Assembly: GCA_964512925.1 (NCBI GenBank) | Contig: CAZEKH010000002.1 | Location: 57,831-121,830, forward strand | DNA: 64,000 nucleotides | Origin: an uncultured Candidatus Saccharibacteria bacterium | Lineage (GTDB): Bacteria > Patescibacteriota > Doudnabacteria > UBA920 | Reading direction: 5' to 3' | In this document: in pieces, positions 27,198 to 35,508 of the stretch | Layout: each line of letters begins with the position of its first letter | Numbering within the stretch: the first letter of the stretch is position 1 | Notes under the pieces: generated by a model | What the model was told of the DNA's origin: nothing | Database searches by the model: none | What the model saw: only the letters and a program-made list of their open reading frames with translations | Translations under genes and position numbers: made by a program

Positions 27198-29192
27198 TTA
27201 ATTGGCCGCGGCGCCGGAACTCTGCCGGAGCTTGCGGATACTGACGACGTCGTCGCGGAAATCGTGAACGAAATCCGCAATCTCATCGTTGTGGTTGAGG
27301 TCGAAGTTCTGCTGGAACACGCATTCCACAGACTGCATCAAGTCATCCTTCGACATCCCTTGCGGTTTGCCGGTGGAGATATCCCGATGCAGGGCAATGG
27401 ACGTTGCTTGATCCACAACGCCAGCAATCATGGCACCACTGGCCAAGTCTCCCAGCGTGAAGCTACGAGTCTCGTCTTTGTGATTGCCGTTGAGCTGGAT
27501 CGAGTAGAGCACGCGTTTTTCCGAGAACAACTCGAGCGCGCCGACATCCGAGAGCTCGTCATGCGTGTAGCCGTTGTAAAGCGGCACTCGCTTGAGGTAG
27601 AGCCCGAAGATATCACGCGAAGCGTTGAGGTCGGGACGGATGATTTTGACCTTGCGGTCAACACGCCCGTCGCGCGTAACTGCCGGATCGAGGATGTCAG
27701 CCCGATTGGTTGCCAAGAGCACGATTGCTCCGGTTTCCTCGAGGCCGTCCATCTCTGCCAGGAACTGAGGAACGATGGTACGCTCGATGTCCGAACTGAT
27801 TCCCATGCCACGCTTACCGAGAATAGCGTCAGCTTCGTCGATGAAGATCACCGCCGGGTAGCCGTGCTGTTCCTTGTGCTTGCGCGAACGTTGGAAGATC
27901 TGTCGGATGGTTGCCTCCGCAACACCCACGAACCGGTCCAAAATTTCAGGGCCTTTGACGTAGATGAAACCGGAGGGAGCGGAACTGCCGCTGTGAAGCT
28001 TGGCGAGCGCTGTTGCGGCCGCCTTGCCGAGCATGGTCTTTCCGCATCCGGGAGGGCCGTACAGCAGGACACCCTTGATGGGCTTTTTGCCGTAGTGCTT
28101 GTAAATGTCCGGGTAACGGAATGGGAGTTCGATCGCTTCGACCATCTGCTTTTTGGCTTCCACCAAACCGCCGATGTCTTCCCATGCGACATTCGTTGCC
28201 GCCGTGAATGAGAAGCGTTCGTCCTCTTTGCCGAGGTTGAGTCCGATGACAGTGGCACTCTGGTCGAGAACCACGCGATCACCGATTTCCGGTTTAGCCG
28301 GAAGTTTACCATTGAGCACGACACGGATTGCTCCGTTGTGCTCGACTTCGCTCACAGTGTTGTCGATTGGCCGCCGCACGATGGAAATTTCTCCAGCGTA
28401 AACGGGAATCGCCACGTCCACTATTTGCATTGTCTGCATGGACAGCTTGACGGTGTCGCCCGGTTTGACATCTTTGTTGGCCGGCAACTCGACTTCGAGT
28501 TGCTTGCCTTCGTGGAGGACGATTGCCGTGCCGATGAACTGGTTTACGGGTTCGACATAAATCGAGGTCCCGACCCAGAACCAAGGCTCGTCATCAACCT
28601 TCTCGATGCGGACTCTGCGCCATTCTCCGTCGACGTTCCGGATCGTACCGGTTTTGCCGACATAGCGCTTGTCGCCGTTCTCGAACTTTCCAACGATGTC
28701 GACCTTGATTCCCTGAAGGAAATCCTGGGGTCTCGCATCGGGCTGATTCGGGATGGCGAGAGTCATGTTCTTGATCTGGGCGTAGTAGCGACTGGTGTCT
28801 CCGTCACTGAACTTAACGGTAATAACACCGTCGGAGTCCGGAGTGCGAACCACCATGCCGACTTCACCTTCACGATTGTCTGCGCCGGGCAGGATACGCA
28901 CCTGCGTATCTTTGGCGTATGCCGTTTTCTTTTCTGCATCGACGCGCAACACCACAGCGAGCACGAGCGGTGAGGCCGTGAGCTGTTGAAGCAGTTCGTT
29001 CTGCTCTGCCAGTTTGCCTTTGGCGGCTTCGAGCACCGCACGAAGCTCTTGAACTTCTTGCGAACTCTCGACCTCAAGCTGTTGCTTGAGCTGGCCGATA
29101 GTGTTCTGCAACTTCTCGGTTTGGGATTGACGCTGTTGATTCAGCTCTTCCCGTTTCGTGAGCATTTCGCCCAATTCGTCTCTCTTCTTCAT
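27198..29192 (-). CDS. ARC/Mpa-type (proteasome-associated-ATPase-like) AAA+ ATPase: N-terminal coiled coil, OB/beta-barrel region, AAA module
   Basis: Walker A GPPGCGKT, Walker B VIFIDEAD, second region of homology TNRADILDPAVTRDGRVDRK. ARC-type insertion AKLHSGSSAPSGFIYVKGPE and C-terminal SGAMIAGVVDQA...TGKPQG block. No C-terminal GQYL. Confidence 0.8.
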   Translation of the reverse strand: MKKRDELGEMLTKREELNQQRQSQTEKLQNTIGQLKQQLEVESSQEVQELRAVLEAAKGKLAEQNELLQQLTASPLVLAVVLRVDAEKKTAYAKDTQVRILPGADNREGEVGMVVRTPDSDGVITVKFSDGDTSRYYAQIKNMTLAIPNQPDARPQDFLQGIKVDIVGKFENGDKRYVGKTGTIRNVDGEWRRVRIEKVDDEPWFWVGTSIYVEPVNQFIGTAIVLHEGKQLEVELPANKDVKPGDTVKLSMQTMQIVDVAIPVYAGEISIVRRPIDNTVSEVEHNGAIRVVLNGKLPAKPEIGDRVVLDQSATVIGLNLGKEDERFSFTAATNVAWEDIGGLVEAKKQMVEAIELPFRYPDIYKHYGKKPIKGVLLYGPPGCGKTMLGKAAATALAKLHSGSSAPSGFIYVKGPEILDRFVGVAEATIRQIFQRSRKHKEQHGYPAVIFIDEADAILGKRGMGISSDIERTIVPQFLAEMDGLEETGAIVLLATNRADILDPAVTRDGRVDRKVKIIRPDLNASRDIFGLYLKRVPLYNGYTHDELSDVGALELFSEKRVLYSIQLNGNHKDETRSFTLGDLASGAMIAGVVDQATSIALHRDISTGKPQGMSKDDLMQSVECVFQQNFDLNHNDEIADFVHDFRDDVVSIRKLRQSSGAAAN

Positions 29193-29485
29193 GACTGACC
29201 TCCTGACCTTTTGACGTAGTTTTGAGTTTGACCATCTTCGGGATTTTCGAGGCAGACGTCGACTGCTCTCAAAACTTTTGTTCCCGACTGGTCGTCAATT
29301 GTGCCGACAGCGAAATGGACATTGAGCCCTCTCGCCAGTTCCAGTCCACCACGGACTGAAGCCACGACAAGCTTTTGCCCATCGTGCGGACTTTCGGAAT
29401 CTTTCACACGCACCTTCCAGGTCGGTTGACCTTTCGGGGATGTGTCAGACCCGACAACGAAACCTCTGTGCCGTTTCTGATCCAT
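29189..29485 (-). CDS. 99-aa beta-rich protein ending ...NYVKRSGGQS; stop overlaps the AAA gene ATG
   Basis: Start set at the ATG after AAAGGAG (MDQKRHRG...). The C-terminal tail resembles the Pup tail (AYVQKGGQ) plus one Ser. ATGA start/stop overlap with the downstream gene. Confidence 0.45.
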   Translation of the reverse strand: MDQKRHRGFVVGSDTSPKGQPTWKVRVKDSESPHDGQKLVVASVRGGLELARGLNVHFAVGTIDDQSGTKVLRAVDVCLENPEDGQTQNYVKRSGGQS

Positions 29486-29759
29486 GACCTTACTCCTTTC
29501 TGACCGGTATGTTTCTGTTGTTGCCGTTTGACCGAATTTGACCGTTTTGACCACCTCCTTTTCAGTTTTCAAAGATCTACTTCGGTTTCCAAGACACACG
29601 CCTTGGAATAGCTCATTATCGCATATTTGGCTTTGTTTGTCAATAACCAAGCCAAAACGCCGATTTTAGCTAACTTCTAAGCCCTATATTGCCGCCTAGG
29701 TAAGTTTTATACAAATTTCAGAGATTAAAGGATCTCCACTTTTACCTACTTTTTTATAT

Positions 29760-30092
29760 TCAATTTTGAAAAATATAAATCAAATTATTCCTGAAAATAA
29801 AAACAAGGACAATGAAAAATAAGGTCCCCAACAAGGAAATCTTTGAGTAATTATCGGCATGAGTTTTGCCGCCAATCAGAATATAGGTGAGCTCGTCAAC
29901 AAACAAGCCGAGACCTATAGCGAATACCAGCACGGAATGAATAAGTAAACCCACCACTATCCCGAGGAGTCCAAACATGTAATGGTGCGTTCTGAATTTT
30001 CCGATCGTCGGTGCTGGTATTGGGCGTAGAAAAAGAAATAAACGAGTAGCCAAAATAGTTATCAAAAAAGTAAAAAAGAAGTAGATATTCAT
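29760..30092 (-). CDS. small polytopic membrane protein
   Basis: 110 aa with about 3 TM helices. ATGA-type overlap with the upstream SET-domain gene. Confidence 0.45.
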   Translation of the reverse strand: MNIYFFFTFLITILATRLFLFLRPIPAPTIGKFRTHHYMFGLLGIVVGLLIHSVLVFAIGLGLFVDELTYILIGGKTHADNYSKISLLGTLFFIVLVFIFRNNLIYIFQN

Positions 30093-30469
30093 TTTATTTC
30101 TCGGTGCTGGTCGATGTCGCCGTAAAAATCTTTATAATTCACAATCAATTCTTCTCCCGACTGTATGTCTCTCATTGCTGTCGTTATATCATCCATCCTC
30201 TCGTCGCAATTTGGATTGTCGGAATGATTGAAAAAACGAGCATCATCAGAACATAGTAAATACTTACTGTGCTTTTTATCAAGATATGCGTAATTGTAAA
30301 ACTGTTCTTTTGCCGGTCCAGATAGCTTTTTGATCTCTTCTTCCGTCATTAGGAGATCAAACCCCGGCATAAACTTCCAGACAGCAGTTCCTTTTGGAAT
30401 AAATTGATCAGCAAATAGACCTATACCCTGAATCTTACTTGGTGCAATTTTTGTTTTTACGCATAGCAT
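30089..30469 (-). CDS. minimal SET-domain protein (putative protein-lysine methyltransferase)
   Basis: GIGLFA...IPKGT (N-SET GxG), RFFNHSDNPNC (the NHSCxPN SAM/pseudoknot motif), GEELIVNY (ELxxxY). Size is about that of viral vSET. Confidence 0.75.
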   Translation of the reverse strand: MLCVKTKIAPSKIQGIGLFADQFIPKGTAVWKFMPGFDLLMTEEEIKKLSGPAKEQFYNYAYLDKKHSKYLLCSDDARFFNHSDNPNCDERMDDITTAMRDIQSGEELIVNYKDFYGDIDQHREIK

Positions 30470-30478
30470 AAATTTCTT

Positions 30479-33463
30479 TTACGATCTTATATATTTCTCG
30501 TCTCTAATATCGAAAGCCGGCAATGTACCCTCAAGTACATCGGAAGCCTTTTTATTTATATCGCAATTCTCGATACTGCCGAATGTATATCTGATCTGAT
30601 TTTTCTGTTTATTCATCGAGGCGGCGATGATCTGTTCAGCATCACAGACGATAGCCAAGTTGGGATTGTGGGTAACAATGATAACCTGTCTTTTTAGTTT
30701 TGCTTTCCGGATATACGGCACCAAAAGTTCAAAAATCGACTCGTTGTCGAGATTTTCCTCCGGCTGATCCATAATTAAAGGTCCACGGTCTTTATCGATC
30801 AGCAAGTAGAAAATCAAGAGAAGGGCACCCTTTTCACCCGGAGAGAACTCGTTGCTGTTCAAGTCCTTGCCGTTGAATAAAACTTTATATTTAACATCGA
30901 GATAATCTAAACCAAAGACGTAATCGTAGAATGAGACATTGTCACCCTTCAGTTGAGAGCAGATCGTGTTCTGTTTTTCTGGGGTCTTTGTCTTGTCGCT
31001 CGTAAGGTGATCGATCAATTCCTGCCTGAACGCCTTGACTCCGATAGGATTTGAAAAATCAGCTTTCTCGATAACCTTGCCGAGTATCTTTTGCCCGTTA
31101 TCGGCATACTGAAAGCTTCCATCACGACCCTGATTTATGAACCCTAAGAATTTAGCTGGGAATGATGCCTTGTCGAATACAATGCCTGCATCGAACTCGA
31201 GCATGCTACCCGTTTTCTGTTGCGTTTCTTTTTCTGACTCGATGAATTTTTGGAGAGGCATATAAACCTCTTTGTAAAATTCGCTTTTTTGTTGAAGTCC
31301 GGAATATAGCTTGTCGGACAGACCATCTCTGCTTACCATCGCCGCCTTCAGATCGGCATGAATTTTTTTATCAAGGTATTTTATTTCAGCCTCAATTGAT
31401 TTGATGGTCTCAAAAGTTTGATCATCGGCCGTTCCTTCAATCTCTTTTTTGCGCTCATTGTATTCCTTGAGTTTGTCTTGATAGGTCGAATATTTTCTCT
31501 GATCCTCACCAAGAACATCGATCAGTTTTTTCTTTTGACCTTCCAGCTCCAATTTCTTAGCATACAAACTGGTAGACGAAGTTCCGTTCTGATCAAGAAG
31601 TACGGTCAGCTTATCTCTTTTTGTGGTGAGCTTACTTTCTGTCGATTCAAGGATTTTGCTATGGACTGTTACCGTAAATAATTTTGTAAGGTCGATCGAA
31701 AGAAGTTTTGCGTCATCCGCAAAATCTCTTGAAATACTATCTGCACTTTGGGAGAGACGTTCAACTGCCGCCTTTAATTTTCCGAGTTTCAGGATCTTAT
31801 CGTTTACCGATTTGAGCGTGGCTTTTGTAGTATCTATTCTTGTTGAGACGGTCCCGATCTCGGTGGTTATTTTTGCGAGTTTATCTTGATCGCTTTTCTT
31901 GGGCTGTTTTTTGGGAGCCTGCACAGCTTTCGGCTTGGCCAGACTATTTAGTTCCTGCTGTTTGGCTTTGAGTTTGTTGCTCAGTGTTTCAAGATACTTA
32001 GGCAGTAGTTTATTTTCTAATTTTACGATCTCCTCGTTGGACAGATGTAAATCATTCTTGATCTGAGTGAGATTGCCATCGATTGTCGAGGTCTTGATGC
32101 GGATAAGGTCTTCAAGTGTAGTCGCTCCAAGTCGGCTCTCATCGGGGATATAAGAAAAAATAACTTTGTCTACTTCTCTCTGAAACTGGGTACTGACACC
32201 ATCTTCGTTGCATATCGTCTCAACGTATTTCTGCGGTAGATATTTAACTTTCTCAACTTCGGCCGGATTAACTTCGGCATCAAGATTTTCGGTGACTGAC
32301 GTCTTATCCAGCCAAGTCAAAACCGCCTCGTAATTTTTGGCGAGTCCTTTCTTTCTGAATTTGTCCTTATTAAGAAAGGAGAAATCCTTCGGTGCTATTT
32401 TGGTTCTTCCACAAAGAGCGATGATGTCATTCAGAGCACTTTTGCCTTGACCCTTTCTGCCTATGATCGCTACCAGTCCGGGGTTTAAGGGTATATCATC
32501 GTTGAACCAACCGGAGACTTGTTTGCCATCTGTATTACGGACATTTATAGATTCGATGAATCTCGAACTATTTGATTCAACGTCCATCAATTTATCCGGT
32601 TTGTCACCAAAGAATGTTCGTTCTCTCGGTTCGTGAGTAATCTGCCGCAAACCCTCGAAAGTTTTGTCTGCTTTTATCCAAGTCGGATAAGTGTGCCTGC
32701 CTTCATTTAAAAACGTCTTGCCGACCTTATCATCAAAATCTTTGAAAGAGTGTGCGTCGCTCCCTGAAACACACGGTTTTTTCTTTTTTACCTCGCCGCG
32801 ATCATTAAGGAAAAATTCTCTGTCCTTATCGTCACAGCCAAAGTAAATATCCGCCACTCGTTTGTCAGTTTCTTCGGCGACTGCGTTTTTTCTTGAATTA
32901 TTTTTTTCCGGTTGGAGACCTCCATGACCATGAGCCATTAGTATTCTAAAATAGGGCTTCTTGTCTCCAAAGGTATCCTTAAGAGCCTCGTCGATGAGCG
33001 GAATTGTTGTAAAGGCAGTTTTGAAATCACTGTCGGTTTTAAGCTCGTTCGCCTTTTTCTTCTTGCCGTTTCCGTCCGTATTTTCCAACTTCAAATTGGA
33101 CAAGAAGCTCTGCAAATCTTTGTCGGGTAGTTCATTGTTAAAAATAAGATGCAGATCATAGCCCTCATTGTGACTATTGGACGAACGATCGACTCGCAAT
33201 TCTACATTTGGGAAAAACACCTTTTCGGATTTTGGATATTTGGCTTGAAATTTCTTTTTGAATTCCAGATAATTCTCGACTGAAAAATAATCGGTAATGC
33301 CGAAAACTTCCACGTCTGATCGCTCAACCTTGTCGCAGAATTCAGCCCAGACATCACCGCCGTTGGCCAGGGCGTATCCGTTGTTTAATTTGGTAAAAGG
33401 CACGTGGAGATGTAAATCCCACTTTCGCCATTCTGAACCTTTTGGATAAGCTAAATTGCCCAT
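30479..33463 (-). CDS. PHP-domain + SMC/ABC-type ATPase fusion protein (architecture of the Ppl defence protein)
   Basis: PHP motifs DLHLH, GITDY, PNVELRV, GSDAHS. Walker A GRKGQGKSAL, about 350-aa coiled coil, signature FSPGEKGALL, Walker B LIMDQPEENLD, H-loop VTHNP. Confidence 0.75.
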   Translation of the reverse strand: MGNLAYPKGSEWRKWDLHLHVPFTKLNNGYALANGGDVWAEFCDKVERSDVEVFGITDYFSVENYLEFKKKFQAKYPKSEKVFFPNVELRVDRSSNSHNEGYDLHLIFNNELPDKDLQSFLSNLKLENTDGNGKKKKANELKTDSDFKTAFTTIPLIDEALKDTFGDKKPYFRILMAHGHGGLQPEKNNSRKNAVAEETDKRVADIYFGCDDKDREFFLNDRGEVKKKKPCVSGSDAHSFKDFDDKVGKTFLNEGRHTYPTWIKADKTFEGLRQITHEPRERTFFGDKPDKLMDVESNSSRFIESINVRNTDGKQVSGWFNDDIPLNPGLVAIIGRKGQGKSALNDIIALCGRTKIAPKDFSFLNKDKFRKKGLAKNYEAVLTWLDKTSVTENLDAEVNPAEVEKVKYLPQKYVETICNEDGVSTQFQREVDKVIFSYIPDESRLGATTLEDLIRIKTSTIDGNLTQIKNDLHLSNEEIVKLENKLLPKYLETLSNKLKAKQQELNSLAKPKAVQAPKKQPKKSDQDKLAKITTEIGTVSTRIDTTKATLKSVNDKILKLGKLKAAVERLSQSADSISRDFADDAKLLSIDLTKLFTVTVHSKILESTESKLTTKRDKLTVLLDQNGTSSTSLYAKKLELEGQKKKLIDVLGEDQRKYSTYQDKLKEYNERKKEIEGTADDQTFETIKSIEAEIKYLDKKIHADLKAAMVSRDGLSDKLYSGLQQKSEFYKEVYMPLQKFIESEKETQQKTGSMLEFDAGIVFDKASFPAKFLGFINQGRDGSFQYADNGQKILGKVIEKADFSNPIGVKAFRQELIDHLTSDKTKTPEKQNTICSQLKGDNVSFYDYVFGLDYLDVKYKVLFNGKDLNSNEFSPGEKGALLLIFYLLIDKDRGPLIMDQPEENLDNESIFELLVPYIRKAKLKRQVIIVTHNPNLAIVCDAEQIIAASMNKQKNQIRYTFGSIENCDINKKASDVLEGTLPAFDIRDEKYIRS

Positions 33464-33580
33464 ATTTACCAGTAAACTAAACTAATGTTTATAAATGCAT
33501 TATATCCCTCTTGACTTCATTTTGTCAATAATATACACTGGAAATAAGGAAATATAGACATTCCAGCGAACAAAACCACT

Positions 33581-34150
33581 ATGGACAGCTTAATTGCAAA
33601 ATTATATCAGTCAAATAAGACAATCCTGACCACCAAGGATCTGGCTTTGATTTGGGAGGAAAACGACAAACTGAAGTTAAACGTTAAAGCCGGATATTAC
33701 GTTAGACAGGGTGCATTGATCCGCCTGACCAGAGGCGTTTTTGCTAAGGATAAAAACTTCAATTCAAAGGAACTGGCGACCAGTCTCTATACTCCCTCCT
33801 ACATCAGCTTTGAAACGGTCTTGAGAGAATCCGGTGTTATCTTCCAGCACTACGATACAACCTTCGTTGCCGCCCAGCACCCGAAAACGGTAACGATCGA
33901 TAAATACACCTTCATCTTCAGAAAGCTGAAGGATGCTGTGCTGTTCAATACCACGGGAATAATAAACAAGGATAACTACAGCATCGCCACTCCGGAGAGA
34001 GCCTTCTTGGACATGATTTATCTGTCGCCGAATTACTACTTCGACAATCTGAAAGGGATCAACTGGGAAAAGTGTGAGGAGATCGTGAAAATTTACGATA
34101 ACAAGCAATTAATCAAGAGGTTGAATAAGTATAAGAAAAATTCTCAATAA
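33581..34150 (+). CDS. AbiEi-family antitoxin/transcriptional regulator (type IV TA)
   Basis: N-terminal wHTH-like segment. Size and pattern resemble AbiEi. Immediately precedes an AbiEii-type NTase. Confidence 0.6.
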   Translation: MDSLIAKLYQSNKTILTTKDLALIWEENDKLKLNVKAGYYVRQGALIRLTRGVFAKDKNFNSKELATSLYTPSYISFETVLRESGVIFQHYDTTFVAAQHPKTVTIDKYTFIFRKLKDAVLFNTTGIINKDNYSIATPERAFLDMIYLSPNYYFDNLKGINWEKCEEIVKIYDNKQLIKRLNKYKKNSQ

Positions 34151-34154
34151 AAAT

Positions 34155-34868
34155 ATGTTGAATAAAGAAAAGCATCAGTTAATAATGGGTCAGGTTTTGA
34201 AAGACATCTATACCGATGTCTCGATTAGTCCGCTCTTGGGTTTCAAAGGCGGCACCTGTGCTTACTTTTTCTATAACCTGCCGAGATTCTCGGTGGACTT
34301 GGATTTTGATTTGCTGGAAGTGACCGAGGAAAACCAAAAGATGGTTTTTGAAAAGATTGTCGCTATTTTAAGCAAGTACGGGACAATCAAGGATCAGTAC
34401 ATCAAGAGGTTTACAGTTTTTGCATTACTCTCCTACGGCGACGAGGATCACAATGTCAAAGTTGAGATCAATGTCCGCAAGCTGGCGGAAAATATAAAAG
34501 ACCTTTACGAGATGAAGGAATATCTGGGTATTTCAATGTTGGCGGCCAAGAAAGATTATTTGTTCGCTGGCAAATTGGCGGCTTTGACTTTGAGAACCGA
34601 AACAGCCATGAGAGACATTTTTGATATCCAGTATTTTGCCAAGAATCACTGGGATATCAATGCTGAAGTCATAAAGAATTTTACCGGGAAAACCGTCAAA
34701 GAATATCTGCCGGATTGCATCGCCTTTATCGAGAAAACCAAAGACAGCCAAATGTTGCAGGGGTTGGGAGAGCTGATTGATAGCGAGAAGCAGAAAGACT
34801 GGGTCCGAAATCACCTGAAAGCGGATGCTATCTTTATGCTGAAAAATTACCAATCTGTATTAAAATAA
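34155..34868 (+). CDS. AbiEii/AbiGii-family nucleotidyltransferase toxin
   Basis: NTase motif GGTCAYFFYNLPRFSVDLDFD (GS...DxD) and DUF1814-like C-terminal region. Confidence 0.75.
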   Translation: MLNKEKHQLIMGQVLKDIYTDVSISPLLGFKGGTCAYFFYNLPRFSVDLDFDLLEVTEENQKMVFEKIVAILSKYGTIKDQYIKRFTVFALLSYGDEDHNVKVEINVRKLAENIKDLYEMKEYLGISMLAAKKDYLFAGKLAALTLRTETAMRDIFDIQYFAKNHWDINAEVIKNFTGKTVKEYLPDCIAFIEKTKDSQMLQGLGELIDSEKQKDWVRNHLKADAIFMLKNYQSVLK

Positions 34869-34875
34869 AAACATT

Positions 34876-35358
34876 ATGGACAAAGAAAAAGACAAACGAT
34901 ACCTAAAGAAGTTCGAGATCGTCGAAACCGAAGTCGAACTTCCGATCCAAGGCCAAGTCCGTGATCCGGAAGACCTGTATAAGTTCCTCAAAGATTTGGA
35001 AAGTGAAAGTGTTTCCAAGGTTATAGGAATTTACCTCGATGACAAAAACCTCTTCCTCGGACACCAAGTATTCCTCGGCATGTCACCGCAGATTTTTGAT
35101 ACGCAACTCCTATACCACTACTACGCCCTCTTTCTGGCCAAGAAGTTTATGATCCTGATAAACCACCCGAACTCTGATGATCCGACTCCGGATGATGCTG
35201 ACAAGAAGCTGATCCGGGCCCTGCAAGCCGATGCTCAAGTGCTCTCGTTTAAACCTTTCTTTGCTGATTTTATTATCGTGGCAGGACGGTCATATTTCAG
35301 TATGGCCACAAACGACGGCACTGCTGGTCATGTGCATCAAAAGCATATACCGGAGTAA
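34876..35358 (+). CDS. RadC-like JAB/MPN-domain protein
   Basis: INHPNSDDPTPDDAD matches the RadC HNHPSGxPxPSxxD metal-binding motif. Confidence 0.65.
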   Translation: MDKEKDKRYLKKFEIVETEVELPIQGQVRDPEDLYKFLKDLESESVSKVIGIYLDDKNLFLGHQVFLGMSPQIFDTQLLYHYYALFLAKKFMILINHPNSDDPTPDDADKKLIRALQADAQVLSFKPFFADFIIVAGRSYFSMATNDGTAGHVHQKHIPE

Positions 35359-35508
35359 GCTCTTTTTCCCCACTTTTCTGCTAAAATAGCTGAACAACTG
35401 AATAAAGGCCTAAACCCGGTCCCGGGCATGGTCGCAAAACCATCCAACTGTCCTCGCAAAGGATTTTTCCGTGCATGTTGCGGAAGATGGTTTTGCGAGG
35501 ATTTTGTT

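Noticed and set aside
27264-29198. Many long ORFs on both strands (for example 27264..28211 +, 27848..28324 -, 28338..28973 +) overlapping the AAA ATPase gene
   Set aside because: Arg/Ser/Pro-rich antisense or off-frame products are typical of GC-rich DNA. The ATPase frame has all the motifs.
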